Assembly: GCA_964470345.1 (NCBI GenBank)
Contig: CAYYBE010000006.1
Location: 65,098 to 97,097, forward strand
Origin: an uncultured Candidatus Babeliaceae bacterium
Lineage (GTDB): Bacteria; Babelota; Babeliae; Babelales; Babelaceae
DNA: 32,000 nucleotides
Direction: 5' to 3'
Every line of letters starts with the position of its first letter. Position 1 is the stretch's first letter. Made by a program: the position numbers and the translations under genes. The notes beneath the pieces are model-generated. The model worked only from the letters and a program-made list of their open reading frames with translations. It did not search any database and was not told where the DNA came from. Below, one piece after another: positions 14,236 through 23,590 of this stretch.

Positions 14236-16785
14236 ATGAAAAAAATATGCGGAATTTTACTTGTTTGCTTGGTATATACGAGCGGTAGTATGTTTGCGCA
14301 AGATGCAGACGAACAAGAAGCTGCTCTTAAAAAAGAGCAATCAGCTGGCGTTGCCAGTGATGTTGAACGACTTGAAAAACAGGTGACCAAAGAGATGGCT
14401 AAAGGGGTTGATATCGAAGAAGAGGTCACTCCTGAACTCGTAACATCTGAAGAACCAGTAGAGGAAGTTAAAAAAGAAGAAGAAAAAGCGTTTACTACAA
14501 AGAAAGATAAACGAACGCTGGTAAAATTTGATTTTGAAAATGAAGATCTGGTCAATGTTATTAATAAATTTGCCGCACTCCAGCATAGTAATATTATTCT
14601 TCCCTACGGCGCACAAGCGATTACCCAAAAAATTACCTTTAGATTAGGGAAAAAAATATCTCTGGCTGAAGCTGAGCGTTATTTAGATACATTTTTAGAC
14701 ATTGCTGGATACACCAAAGTACCACACGGTGATTTCTTTACCGTTGTAAAAGTTGATCCCAATATTACGCGTGAAACATTACCGTTATATGTTGGAGTTC
14801 CTCCCAAAGACTTGCCGTCGAGTGGGCGTATTCAAGTTGTGTACTATCTCCAGAATTTAAAAGTACCAGAAAGCAGCCAAGGAACCGATCCGTTGCATGT
14901 TATTTTTAATGACATGCTTTCTGTTAATCGCAGCTATACGTTTGACATTAAGGCAAACGCAGTTATTGTCGCTGATAAAGCAAGTAATATTAAGGCGGCG
15001 ATGACTATGTTACTTGAGCTTGATTCGATGGGAATCCATGATGTTGTTCGTAAAATGCAGCTTTATCATGCTTCAGCAACCATGTTAGCACCTCTTTTGC
15101 AGCAGCAAATCATAGCAGTAACCGGTGATCAACGTGGTCGTTTGCGTGCAGATGTAAGATCAGAAGCGGGATTGTTTTTTGCTCCAGGAACCAAAATTGT
15201 TGCTAATCCTCAAGACAACTCGCTCGTGCTTATGGGAAAAGAGCCTTCTGTTGCTCGTATTATGGATTTTGTTAATGAGTATCTCGATGTGCCGCTTGAA
15301 TCAGGTCGTTCTATTTTGCACTATTATGACTGCCAATATCTTGATGCAGAGGCTTTCGCAGCGGTTTTGAAACAAGTGGTCGCTACGCAATCGCGTTCAG
15401 GACAAGCGACAACCGATCAAGTATCCGGACCAAATCGCTCCTTTGAAGGTGTTATTATTGCCGCTGAGTCAATTGTGAAAGAGGAAGTCAAAAAAGCAGA
15501 AATAGCCTTAGCAAAAGAGGGTGAATCAATCTTGAAAGGAACGGTATTCCGAGGAGGAAACCGTATTGTTGTTGCGGCAAAAAATAGCGATTGGGAGCGT
15601 ATTGAAAGGCTTATTAAAGAGATAGACAAGCCGCAACTTCAGATAATTTTGCAAGTTATGATTGTTGATTTTACTGCAGACAAAAACAAGATTTTTGGGA
15701 TGCAAACGCGAAACCCTTCAACGATGCAACTTCCTCATGGTGTAAATTTTCAAGCAGCTAATCTGGCTGCTCCTATTCTTGTTTCAAACACTGCAACAGA
15801 GACTCCAACAACGTTAGCAACTGACCTGCTTATGTTGCTTGGTGGAACGGCTACCACGCCCCCAACCCAAAGCGAGGCAAAAATTTTGACCTCATCTTCA
15901 ACTGGTGATCCCGGCTCCTTGATACTCTCATTATCTGATCCTGCGGGTACCGGCATTTGGACCTTTTTGCAATGGCTTAATTCTTTTGGAGAGTTAAAAG
16001 TGCTTTCTCACCCCTATCTTGTGGTTCTTAATAATCAAAAGGGTGAGGAATCTCTTACTCAAACACAGCGATTGCAAGGACAATCAAGAACTGGTGAAGG
16101 TGGTGCAGTTGTTTCCGAAATTGATGACGTTCCTGCATCATTGAAAGTAAGTATTGTACCGCGTGCAAGTTCAGTTGATCGTCTTAACATTCAAGTTTCA
16201 ATAAAAATTGATCAATTTGAAGGAACTAAGGGAAATATAGCGACTCGAGAACTTCACACGAATGCTAACTTGAATAGTGGTCAGATGTTGGTTCTCGGAG
16301 GCCTTGCCTCGATCAATCAGACTGATGAAGAGAATGAAACACCGCTTTTGGGAAAAATACCAATTATTGGTTGGTTATTCTCAAGCAAGTCAAAAGCTTC
16401 GCGAAAAACCAATCTTGCTGTTTTTATTATTCCAACGATTGTTGAACCAAAAATTCGTTCAGGGCTCAATAAATATACAAGAGATAGAATTGCGATGTCT
16501 TATGGAGATATAGAAAGTGGAGCTCTTTTTGAACAATTTAAGGATCCTATTAACTACCTCTTCTTTAAAGATAGGAAAAATGAGTCAGCCGAAACTCTCG
16601 ATGAATATTTGGCTGAAAGTAAGGGTAATTTTGTGCGCCCACCCAAAATGCGTGGGCCTCGCGGGCCTAAAAGACCCGAAGAACAGGACAAAATTATTCC
16701 TCAAGAGGCCCATCAACTTAAGGTTATGCTTGCAGGAGAGCAAAATCCTGTGCTTTCAGTGAAGAATGGAAAGACGACGTTCTAG
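14236..16785 (+). CDS. gspD: GspD-type secretin 2, paralog of secretin 1
   Basis: Signal peptide ending MFA-QD, an E/K-rich linker, and N0 VKFDFENEDLVNVINKFAALQHSNIILP. N1-N3 repeats (..NAVIVADKASNI.., ..NSLVLMGKEPSV.., ..NRIVVAAKNSDW..). Secretin core from KPQLQIILQVMIVDF to TPLLGKIPIIGWLFSSKSKASRKTNLAVFIIPTIV. GAGGGA lies upstream of the ATG. Confidence 0.85.
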   Translation: MKKICGILLVCLVYTSGSMFAQDADEQEAALKKEQSAGVASDVERLEKQVTKEMAKGVDIEEEVTPELVTSEEPVEEVKKEEEKAFTTKKDKRTLVKFDFENEDLVNVINKFAALQHSNIILPYGAQAITQKITFRLGKKISLAEAERYLDTFLDIAGYTKVPHGDFFTVVKVDPNITRETLPLYVGVPPKDLPSSGRIQVVYYLQNLKVPESSQGTDPLHVIFNDMLSVNRSYTFDIKANAVIVADKASNIKAAMTMLLELDSMGIHDVVRKMQLYHASATMLAPLLQQQIIAVTGDQRGRLRADVRSEAGLFFAPGTKIVANPQDNSLVLMGKEPSVARIMDFVNEYLDVPLESGRSILHYYDCQYLDAEAFAAVLKQVVATQSRSGQATTDQVSGPNRSFEGVIIAAESIVKEEVKKAEIALAKEGESILKGTVFRGGNRIVVAAKNSDWERIERLIKEIDKPQLQIILQVMIVDFTADKNKIFGMQTRNPSTMQLPHGVNFQAANLAAPILVSNTATETPTTLATDLLMLLGGTATTPPTQSEAKILTSSSTGDPGSLILSLSDPAGTGIWTFLQWLNSFGELKVLSHPYLVVLNNQKGEESLTQTQRLQGQSRTGEGGAVVSEIDDVPASLKVSIVPRASSVDRLNIQVSIKIDQFEGTKGNIATRELHTNANLNSGQMLVLGGLASINQTDEENETPLLGKIPIIGWLFSSKSKASRKTNLAVFIIPTIVEPKIRSGLNKYTRDRIAMSYGDIESGALFEQFKDPINYLFFKDRKNESAETLDEYLAESKGNFVRPPKMRGPRGPKRPEEQDKIIPQEAHQLKVMLAGEQNPVLSVKNGKTTF

Positions 16786-16801
16786 TGTTACGCGATAGCT
16801 G

Positions 16802-17356
16802 TTATTTTTTGGGGGCCGGAGTTTCGACAAGGCCGAGCTTTCTGTCCCGATCGTCTTTTTCGTAAAGTGATCGGCTCGAACGTTCACATTTTGTAAGAGA
16901 AACAACCTTGCTGCAATCAATAGGTTTGCACTTAGTTGCGTAGTTGGCAGAGGAAGCGCTTGCTGCTGGTGTTGCTCCTTCAATGTCTCCCTGGAGAAAA
17001 AGATCATTTGGGCATGTGGTAGACGAACTATTTCCTTCGCAGCGGTAACAGGCGATTCGAGCTGGTTTATCTGTTGCATTTCTAAAAAGCTGAGATTGTA
17101 GCCAATCGCATCGAAATCCTAGGAAAAACTCTTTGGAGGGGTTGCTCATATTAACGAGGCGAATCATGTCATACGGTGTTCGGTCAGGCAATGTAATGGA
17201 CGAAATTTGTACAAGACTGAGTTCATTGGGCTTACTTTTGAGCTCAATAACATCGGTTCCCTCAGGGATTTTTACAATCTTACATGAAGGTAACATACCC
17301 CATTGGTACGCTGTATTGGTTGTGAATATGAGAAAAAGAGTTAATTTCTTAAGCAT
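16802..17356 (-). CDS. Hypothetical secreted Cys-rich protein
   Basis: 184-aa ORF with a hydrophobic N-terminus (MLKKLTLFLIFTTNTAYQ), ten Cys mostly in the C-terminal half and a K/D/R-rich tail. AGGGG lies upstream of the ATG. I recognised no family. It is convergent with secretin 2 across a 16-nt gap. Confidence 0.5.
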   Translation of the reverse strand: MLKKLTLFLIFTTNTAYQWGMLPSCKIVKIPEGTDVIELKSKPNELSLVQISSITLPDRTPYDMIRLVNMSNPSKEFFLGFRCDWLQSQLFRNATDKPARIACYRCEGNSSSTTCPNDLFLQGDIEGATPAASASSANYATKCKPIDCSKVVSLTKCERSSRSLYEKDDRDRKLGLVETPAPKK

Positions 17357-17496
17357 AATTACCCCTAACCGTTAGCTTTGTTCTTCGTTCATCTCTTAAT
17401 TAATCTTACTCGAAGCTTTTGGTTAGTTGCAATAACTTTATTTGACTTTTTCCAATATTAATAAAATAAAAACTTTTCACTGTGTAAAAACTATTT

Positions 17497-18756
17497 TTAA
17501 TCTAGAGATCCAAACGTTTGCAATAACTGATCTTCGATTGCAAGCAAACGGTTATACTTGGCAAGCCGTTCACCACGGGAGCAGCCGCCTGCTTTAATTT
17601 GTCCCGCACTAGCCCCAACAGCAAGATCAGCGATAAAGCTGTCATTCGTTTCACCTGACCTATGAGAAACGACCGTTTTCATGTTGTTTTGCTTACAAAG
17701 TTGGATTGCTTGAAGCGTCTCAGTGATAGTCCCAATTTGGTTTGGTTTAATGAGTACTGCGTTTGCAAGGCCTTGTTTAATGCCTTCTTCAATGCGATAA
17801 AAATTGGTTGCAAAAATATCATCACCGATGATTTGTATTTCTGAGCCACAGGCGGTCATGAGCGTTTGCCAGGCTACCCAATCGTCTTCAGCAAGTGGAT
17901 CTTCAATCGAGTAAATAGGGTATGCTTGCAGCAGCGTTTGATATGCTTCAATAAGTTCTAGCGAAGAAAGTTTTTTGTTATTCCAGGAATACAGGGTTGA
18001 GGTTGGGTCGTAATATTGCGTAGCGGCAAAGTCGAGGCCGATTACACAGCGAGAATCATCGCTTTTTCCTACGCGTTCCATTGCTTCGAGCAAAAATTCG
18101 ATTGCTTCTTCTGAAGATGCAAATTGTGCAGCAAAGCCACCTTCGTCACCAACAGCGGTCGATTTACCTTTTTTACGTAAAATCGTTTTTAATTCCTGAA
18201 AGAGTGTGACGCCAATTTCCATCGCAGAACGAAAGCTTGAAGCTCCTACGGGCAAAATCAAAAATTCTTGGATAGGAAGGCCATTGTCTGCATGAACTCC
18301 GCCATTAATAAAATTAAACTGAGGCAGAGGTACGGAGATCGTTTCTGCGCCACATAAATAGGCAAGTAGCTCATAGAGTTCAATTTGTTCAAAGATAGCC
18401 TGTGCTTTATAGACCGCCATACTGACAGCAAGAATCGCATTAGCGCCAAGGCGTGACTTGTCTGGCATCGTATCAAGGTCAAGAATTGCAATGTCGAGCG
18501 TAGGCCCATTTGGTTCTTTGCCGATAAGAGCAGGAGCAATAATTTTTTCAATATTTTCAACTGCTTTGGTTACCCCCATTCCACCTAGTCTGCTTCCGCC
18601 GTCGCGTAACTCATAGGCCTCATGATGCGAGCGGGAAAGGCCGGTAGGGACCGATGCTATTGTTGTCATGCCATTATCAAGATAGAGTTCACATTCAACG
18701 GTTGGACAACCGCGCGAATCAAAGATTTCTCGCGCTTTAATATGGGTTATTTTCAT
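17497..18756 (-). CDS. eno: Enolase (phosphopyruvate hydratase)
   Basis: MKITHIKAREIFDSRGCPTVE..., SHRSGETNDSFIADLAVG..GQIKAGGCSRGERLAKYNRLL. I chose ATG 18756 instead of the track start at 18798. It gives the canonical N-terminus, has GGAG upstream and forms an ATGA overlap with the tspO stop. Confidence 0.95.
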   Translation of the reverse strand: MKITHIKAREIFDSRGCPTVECELYLDNGMTTIASVPTGLSRSHHEAYELRDGGSRLGGMGVTKAVENIEKIIAPALIGKEPNGPTLDIAILDLDTMPDKSRLGANAILAVSMAVYKAQAIFEQIELYELLAYLCGAETISVPLPQFNFINGGVHADNGLPIQEFLILPVGASSFRSAMEIGVTLFQELKTILRKKGKSTAVGDEGGFAAQFASSEEAIEFLLEAMERVGKSDDSRCVIGLDFAATQYYDPTSTLYSWNNKKLSSLELIEAYQTLLQAYPIYSIEDPLAEDDWVAWQTLMTACGSEIQIIGDDIFATNFYRIEEGIKQGLANAVLIKPNQIGTITETLQAIQLCKQNNMKTVVSHRSGETNDSFIADLAVGASAGQIKAGGCSRGERLAKYNRLLAIEDQLLQTFGSLD

Positions 18757-19253
18757 GGGAGCTCCGTAGGTTTTATTGTGGTTCGGTTGCGCAGCCAAAA
18801 TGCGATATTAAGTGCCGTAGCAAGAAGCATCCATGCGGGATACGGCAAAATAAGAAGTGCAACAAGTGAAGAATAATGCCAGCTTAGAAAAAAGAGCCCC
18901 CATGCAACGCAGTCAGTTATCAATGTGACAACCACTGAGCGGGCAAGCTGGTGCTGCTGAAAAAAGACATAGGTCCATGCAATATTTAAAAGAGCTGCCA
19001 GAGCGAAAAGAATCATGCTCAAAAATATTACCCATCCAGAGGTAAATTGGTTCCATATCACAAGCGCGGCGATTGTATTGGTTACAAAAATAATCTGCCA
19101 GGCAATACTAAAGAGCCAACCAGATGGGGTAAACCAAGGGCGGTTAAGTTTTGCATACCATGCACTGTTAACTCCTACAAGATATTTCCCTATAAGTGAT
19201 GTGATAATTGCTATAAGGGGGATAATTGCATAATTTAGCTTAAAATTGTCCAC
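18753..19253 (-). CDS. tspO: TspO/MBR family tryptophan-rich sensory protein
   Basis: 166 aa, five hydrophobic helices and Trp-rich (WYAKLNRPWFTPSGWLFSIAWQIIF, NIAWTYVFF), matching the TspO pattern. GTG start with AAGGAG 5 nt upstream. Confidence 0.8.
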   Translation of the reverse strand: MDNFKLNYAIIPLIAIITSLIGKYLVGVNSAWYAKLNRPWFTPSGWLFSIAWQIIFVTNTIAALVIWNQFTSGWVIFLSMILFALAALLNIAWTYVFFQQHQLARSVVVTLITDCVAWGLFFLSWHYSSLVALLILPYPAWMLLATALNIAFWLRNRTTIKPTELP

Positions 19254-19367
19254 ACGCTCTCCTTTTTTAACGCTTTTTCTTGACCTTTATTCTTTGTACT
19301 ACTCATAGTTAGTATGACGAGTTCATGATCATGCTTGCAATACCTCGAGAATAAAAGGGGAATAAAG

Positions 19368-20768
19368 ATGTCAAAACAGTACGCTTGTGCGCTTTTTATC
19401 TTTCGAAGAGATTTGCGCCTTGCTGATAATACCGCTTTTACCGCGGCGCTTATGCAGAGTGAGACGGTCATACCCTGTTTTGTTTTTGATCCACGCCAGA
19501 TTGATCCAAAGCAGCCGTATTATAGCGATCAGGCTGTTCGTTTTATGCTTGAATCGCTGAAAGACCTCGAGACCCAACTTACTAAAAAAAAGGGCAAACT
19601 CTTTACGTTTGGTGGGCGCGCAGAAGAAGTTTTAGCTAAGCTTATTACGCAGTGCCGTAAGGCGAAATTACCGATTGATGCCGTGTTTGTGAATCAAGAT
19701 TATACGCCCTTTAGCAAAAAGCGAGATGCAGCTCTGGAGCGTGTCTGTAAAAAAGAGCAGATCGCGTTCTGTTCTTTTCACGATAGCTTATTGCATGAGC
19801 CTGGTGTTGTACTCAAAAAAGATGACAAGCCCTACACACTCTTTACGCCATTTTATAAAACGGCGTTACAATATCCAGTTCGGTCACCTCATAACATATC
19901 TTTCACAAAAGCGACAGGGGCGTTATACGCGGGCAAGCTTCCTCTCAAGCCCTTCTTCCTTAAGCACGTCCCGCAACCAAAATCTGTTATTCGCGGCGGC
20001 TCTCGAGCTGCACAAAAACTTGTACGTCACCTCAAAAATTTTACTTCATATCAAAAAACGCGCGATATTCCTGCGATTAAAACGACATTGCTTTCAGCCC
20101 ATCTTAAGTTTGGAACCATTTCCGTACGGTACGTATATGCTCAAATGGTAGCGCATCTGGGCGCCTTGCACCCATTAACACGGCAACTTTTTTGGCGAGA
20201 TTTTTATACACACCTGGTCTGGTATTTCCCTCACGTTTTTGGGCATCCGTATCATCAAAAGTTTGAACAACTTACATGGTCGTCTGATAAAAAACTCTTT
20301 GAACGTTGGTGTCGGGGACTTACGGGAGTTCCTCTTGTCGATGCAGGGATGCGAGAATTAAACGCAACAGGTTTTATGCATAATCGTGTTCGCATGCTTA
20401 CTGCTTCGTTTTTAATCAAAGATCTTCATATCGATTGGCGACAAGGCGAACGCTATTTTGCCCAAAAACTTGTTGATTATGATCCTGCTATTAATAATGG
20501 CAATTGGCAGTGGGTTGCTTCAACAGGGGCCGATTCGCAGCCCTATTTTAGGATTTTTAATCCATGGATTCAGCAAAAAAAGTTTGATCGTGACTGTGTT
20601 TACATCAAAAAATGGGTGCCTGAGCTCGCAAATCTGAGCGCGCGGGAGATACACAGTTGGTTTAAGCAAGCGACCCGAGCACACCATGCGCAACTCTCAT
20701 ACCCTGCACCTCTTGTTGACCACGCAATCGAAACTCAGAAGACGCTCGCACAGTATCGACGTTTGTAA
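19368..20768 (+). CDS. phr: Deoxyribodipyrimidine photolyase (cryptochrome/photolyase family)
   Basis: ATG 19368 (MSKQY...) with AAAGGGGA upstream; the track start at 19335 is a TTG. N-terminal FRRDLRLADN. FAD-binding domain motifs LLSAHLKFGTIS, FWRDFY, TGVPLVDAGMRELNATGFMHNRVRMLTASFL and DYDPAINNGNWQWVAS. Confidence 0.9.
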   Translation: MSKQYACALFIFRRDLRLADNTAFTAALMQSETVIPCFVFDPRQIDPKQPYYSDQAVRFMLESLKDLETQLTKKKGKLFTFGGRAEEVLAKLITQCRKAKLPIDAVFVNQDYTPFSKKRDAALERVCKKEQIAFCSFHDSLLHEPGVVLKKDDKPYTLFTPFYKTALQYPVRSPHNISFTKATGALYAGKLPLKPFFLKHVPQPKSVIRGGSRAAQKLVRHLKNFTSYQKTRDIPAIKTTLLSAHLKFGTISVRYVYAQMVAHLGALHPLTRQLFWRDFYTHLVWYFPHVFGHPYHQKFEQLTWSSDKKLFERWCRGLTGVPLVDAGMRELNATGFMHNRVRMLTASFLIKDLHIDWRQGERYFAQKLVDYDPAINNGNWQWVASTGADSQPYFRIFNPWIQQKKFDRDCVYIKKWVPELANLSAREIHSWFKQATRAHHAQLSYPAPLVDHAIETQKTLAQYRRL

Positions 20769-20850
20769 TATTTGTGACTTCACAAGTGCAAAATTCTGAA
20801 CTAAGCTTGGGGCGTCTCTAGGTTTTTATAAAAGTTGAGAGGTTATTCTT

Positions 20851-21381
20851 ATGAAAGCATCTATCAAAAATTGTTGTTCTGCCCTTATACTCTGCCAGCT
20901 TCTGCTTGGAGCTAACCAAGTATGGTCGTCGGACAAGAAAAAACGCGAAAAACCAGAGCAAGAGCAAAAGGTGTACGCTAAAAAAACTAAAGTGTCACAA
21001 GAAGAGCTTAATAAGCTTAAAAAAATAGAAAGCAGCTTAGCAGAATTATCGCAGAGAATTGTAGGTTTTGATGTTAATTTAAGAGAGAAAGATTTTAAGA
21101 ATCTTGTCCTTTCAGTTCGCACGCAACTTGATGAACATTTAATCGAGTTGGAAAAATCGAATGCTCCTATTGAAGAAAAGAAAAAGATTAAACAAACTAT
21201 TACTGCTGCGGATGAGGCTCTCAATACGATGATTCATATTTGGGGCATGAGACAGGCAAAGCTGGAAGAAGCGCGTGAAAAAGCGTTAGAAGCAGAAGCT
21301 GCTGATTGGATCTATACCGGAACAGGTCCTCGTCCAGCAGGGGCAGACGTAATACCTCCTTCTTATTTAGCTCTTACGTAA
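20851..21381 (+). CDS. Hypothetical secreted coiled-coil protein
   Basis: Signal-peptide-like N-terminus MKASIKNCCSALILCQLLLGANQVWS, then a K/E-rich heptad-like sequence. GAGAGG lies upstream of the ATG. No family recognised. Confidence 0.5.
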   Translation: MKASIKNCCSALILCQLLLGANQVWSSDKKKREKPEQEQKVYAKKTKVSQEELNKLKKIESSLAELSQRIVGFDVNLREKDFKNLVLSVRTQLDEHLIELEKSNAPIEEKKKIKQTITAADEALNTMIHIWGMRQAKLEEAREKALEAEAADWIYTGTGPRPAGADVIPPSYLALT

Positions 21382-21413
21382 AGAGTATTTTGATCTCGAA
21401 ATTGAGATAAAGA

Positions 21414-21458
21414 ACGGGCAGAAGATGTTTGTAGCATACTTCTGCCCGTATTCTTTCT
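21414..21458. terminator. Rho-independent-type hairpin between convergent genes
   Basis: ACGGGCAGAAG (21414-21424) pairs perfectly with CTTCTGCCCGT (21439-21449), an 11-bp stem with a 14-nt loop, followed by T-rich ATTCTTTCTT. It lies between the stops at 21381 (+) and 21467 (-). Confidence 0.65.
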
Positions 21459-21466
21459 TGAACTTC

Positions 21467-23590
21467 TTACTCAAAAGCGATTGTGCCATTACGCAAGCGC
21501 ACTGAAACGTTTTTAGTTTCAGGCTTATGTAATAAAAATTGAGCTAATGGAACAATAACAAGATTTTGCAGTGCGCGTTTTAAAGGGCGGGCGCCGAATT
21601 CTGGTTCATAACCCTCGTCTGCCAATTTCTCAAGAACATCAGGAGCAACGGTGAGTGTAACTTGTTGTTCGGCAAGCCGTTTTTGCAAAAGTTGCATCTG
21701 AATGCCAGCAATCTGAGCCACATCTTGCTTGGTAAGAGCTTTGAAAAAGACAATTGCATCAATTCGATTTAAAAATTCTGGTCTAAAACTCTTTTGTAAC
21801 AGTTGCTCAATATCCCGCTTAACTTTGTCATTGAGTGTGCCTGCAGCAAGAATAAGATCAGAGCCAAGATTTGAGGTCATGATAATAATTGTGTTTTTAA
21901 ATGAGACAATGCGTCCTTGCCCATCCGTAAGATGTCCCTCATCAAGGATCTGTAAGAAGATGTTAAAGACATCGGGGTGCGCTTTTTCTATCTCATCAAT
22001 CAGTAAAACACTATACGGTTGTCGCCGAACCGCTTCGGTGAGTTGTCCACCCTCTTCATAACCAACATAGCCGGGCGGAGCGCCAATTAAGCGGGCAACC
22101 GCATGTTTCTCCATGTACTCTGACATATCGACGCGTATGAGCCGTTTATCGTCGTTAAAAAGAAAGTCAGCTAATGTTTTAGCGACTTCAGTTTTTCCAA
22201 CGCCGGTTGGTCCTAAAAATAAGAACGAGCCAATGGGCTTATTCGGGTCGGTAAGGCCGGTGCGGTGCATTTGAATTGCGTTGGTGATTGCGGTAATCGC
22301 TTCATCTTGGCCAACAACACGTTGTTGGAGGATTTCTGCCATCGAGAGCAATTTTTGCTTTTCGCTTTCTTGTAATTTTTCAACCGGGATGCCGGTCCAG
22401 CGAGAAAGCACCGTTGCAATATCTGATTCATCAACTTCTTGTTTTACTAAACCATGTTTGAGCTTTTTGACCTGCTCTTGTTCGTCGGCAAGCGATTTTT
22501 GGAGTTTGGCTAAAACACCATATTTTACTTGTGATGCTTGAGCAAAATCCCCTTCCCGCTCTGCTTGTGCAAATTTATTTTGTGCTCGCTCGATCTCTTC
22601 TTTGAGTTTATTAATTCGTTCAAGAGGTGCTTTTTCTGCCTTCCACTGTTGTACCAGTGCGCCATGCTGCTCTTTAATGTTGGCAAGCTCTTGTTCAAGA
22701 TCTTTGAGCCGTTTTTGGGATACAGGATCATCTTTTTCTTTGGTCAGCGCAACTTTTTCGATTTCTAATTGACGAATGACTCGATCAAGTCGGTCGATTT
22801 CTTCTGGTTGGGAGTCGATTGACATTTTGACGGTAGCTGCAGCTTCGTCAATAAGGTCGATAGCCTTATCTGGCAAAAAACGGTCGGGAATATATTTGCT
22901 TGAAAGTTGTACGGCGTTTACCAATGCCTGATCTTTAATGCGAATTTTGTGGAAGAGTTCATAGCGGTCCTTGAGCCCGCGTAAAATTGAAAGCGCATCT
23001 TCGACCGAAGGTTCTGGTACAAATACTTTTTGGAATCGGCGTTCGAGTGCCGCGTCTTTTTCAATATATTTTTTATACTCTTTCAGCGTTGTTGCGCCAA
23101 TACAGTGCAGCTCTCCGCGTGCAAGTGCAGGCTTAAGCAAGTTTGAGGCATCCATGCCGCCGCCAGCTCCGCCCGCGCCAATAAGCATGTGCATCTCATC
23201 GATAAAGAGAATAATTTTACCAGCGCTTTCTTGTATCTCTTGTAAAATTCCCTTTAAACGCTCTTCAAATTCTCCTTGGTACTTAGTACCAGCGATGAGC
23301 AGCCCCATATCAAGTGCATAGATAACAGACTGTTTTAAGCTTTCGGGAATGTCATTATTGACGATTCGTTGGGCGATACCTTCGACGATTGCTGTTTTTC
23401 CAACCCCCGGTTCTCCAATAAGCACCGGATTGTTTTTTGTTCTACGTGACAGAATTTGAATCACGCGCCGGATTTCTTCATGGCGTCCGATAACAGGATC
23501 AAGTTTTCCTTGTTCGGCGAGTTTGTTAATGTTTTTGCAATATTTTTCAAGCGTTTCGTATACTGCCTTTGTCTTTGGTTCTTGCATCAT
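21467..23590 (-). CDS. clpB: ClpB disaggregase lacking the N-terminal Clp_N domain
   Basis: NBD1 GEPGVGKT / ILFIDEMH, a long coiled-coil middle domain, NBD2 GPTGVGKT / [16 protein letters not shown], and C-terminal GARPLKR. The ORF begins at ..[24 protein letters not shown], which corresponds to about residue 150 of E. coli ClpB (from memory). Confidence 0.9.
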   Translation of the reverse strand: MMQEPKTKAVYETLEKYCKNINKLAEQGKLDPVIGRHEEIRRVIQILSRRTKNNPVLIGEPGVGKTAIVEGIAQRIVNNDIPESLKQSVIYALDMGLLIAGTKYQGEFEERLKGILQEIQESAGKIILFIDEMHMLIGAGGAGGGMDASNLLKPALARGELHCIGATTLKEYKKYIEKDAALERRFQKVFVPEPSVEDALSILRGLKDRYELFHKIRIKDQALVNAVQLSSKYIPDRFLPDKAIDLIDEAAATVKMSIDSQPEEIDRLDRVIRQLEIEKVALTKEKDDPVSQKRLKDLEQELANIKEQHGALVQQWKAEKAPLERINKLKEEIERAQNKFAQAEREGDFAQASQVKYGVLAKLQKSLADEQEQVKKLKHGLVKQEVDESDIATVLSRWTGIPVEKLQESEKQKLLSMAEILQQRVVGQDEAITAITNAIQMHRTGLTDPNKPIGSFLFLGPTGVGKTEVAKTLADFLFNDDKRLIRVDMSEYMEKHAVARLIGAPPGYVGYEEGGQLTEAVRRQPYSVLLIDEIEKAHPDVFNIFLQILDEGHLTDGQGRIVSFKNTIIIMTSNLGSDLILAAGTLNDKVKRDIEQLLQKSFRPEFLNRIDAIVFFKALTKQDVAQIAGIQMQLLQKRLAEQQVTLTVAPDVLEKLADEGYEPEFGARPLKRALQNLVIVPLAQFLLHKPETKNVSVRLRNGTIAFE

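Noticed and set aside
18757-18798. Longer enolase N-terminus (MAAQPNHNKTYGAP...) from the track start at 18798. Similar upstream alternative starts were rejected for the photolyase (TTG 19335), the M23 peptidase (TTG 25518) and the large secreted protein (GTG 27701).
   Set aside because: In each case a downstream ATG has a better SD and reproduces the canonical N-terminus or signal peptide. For enolase the extension would also overlap the tspO coding end.
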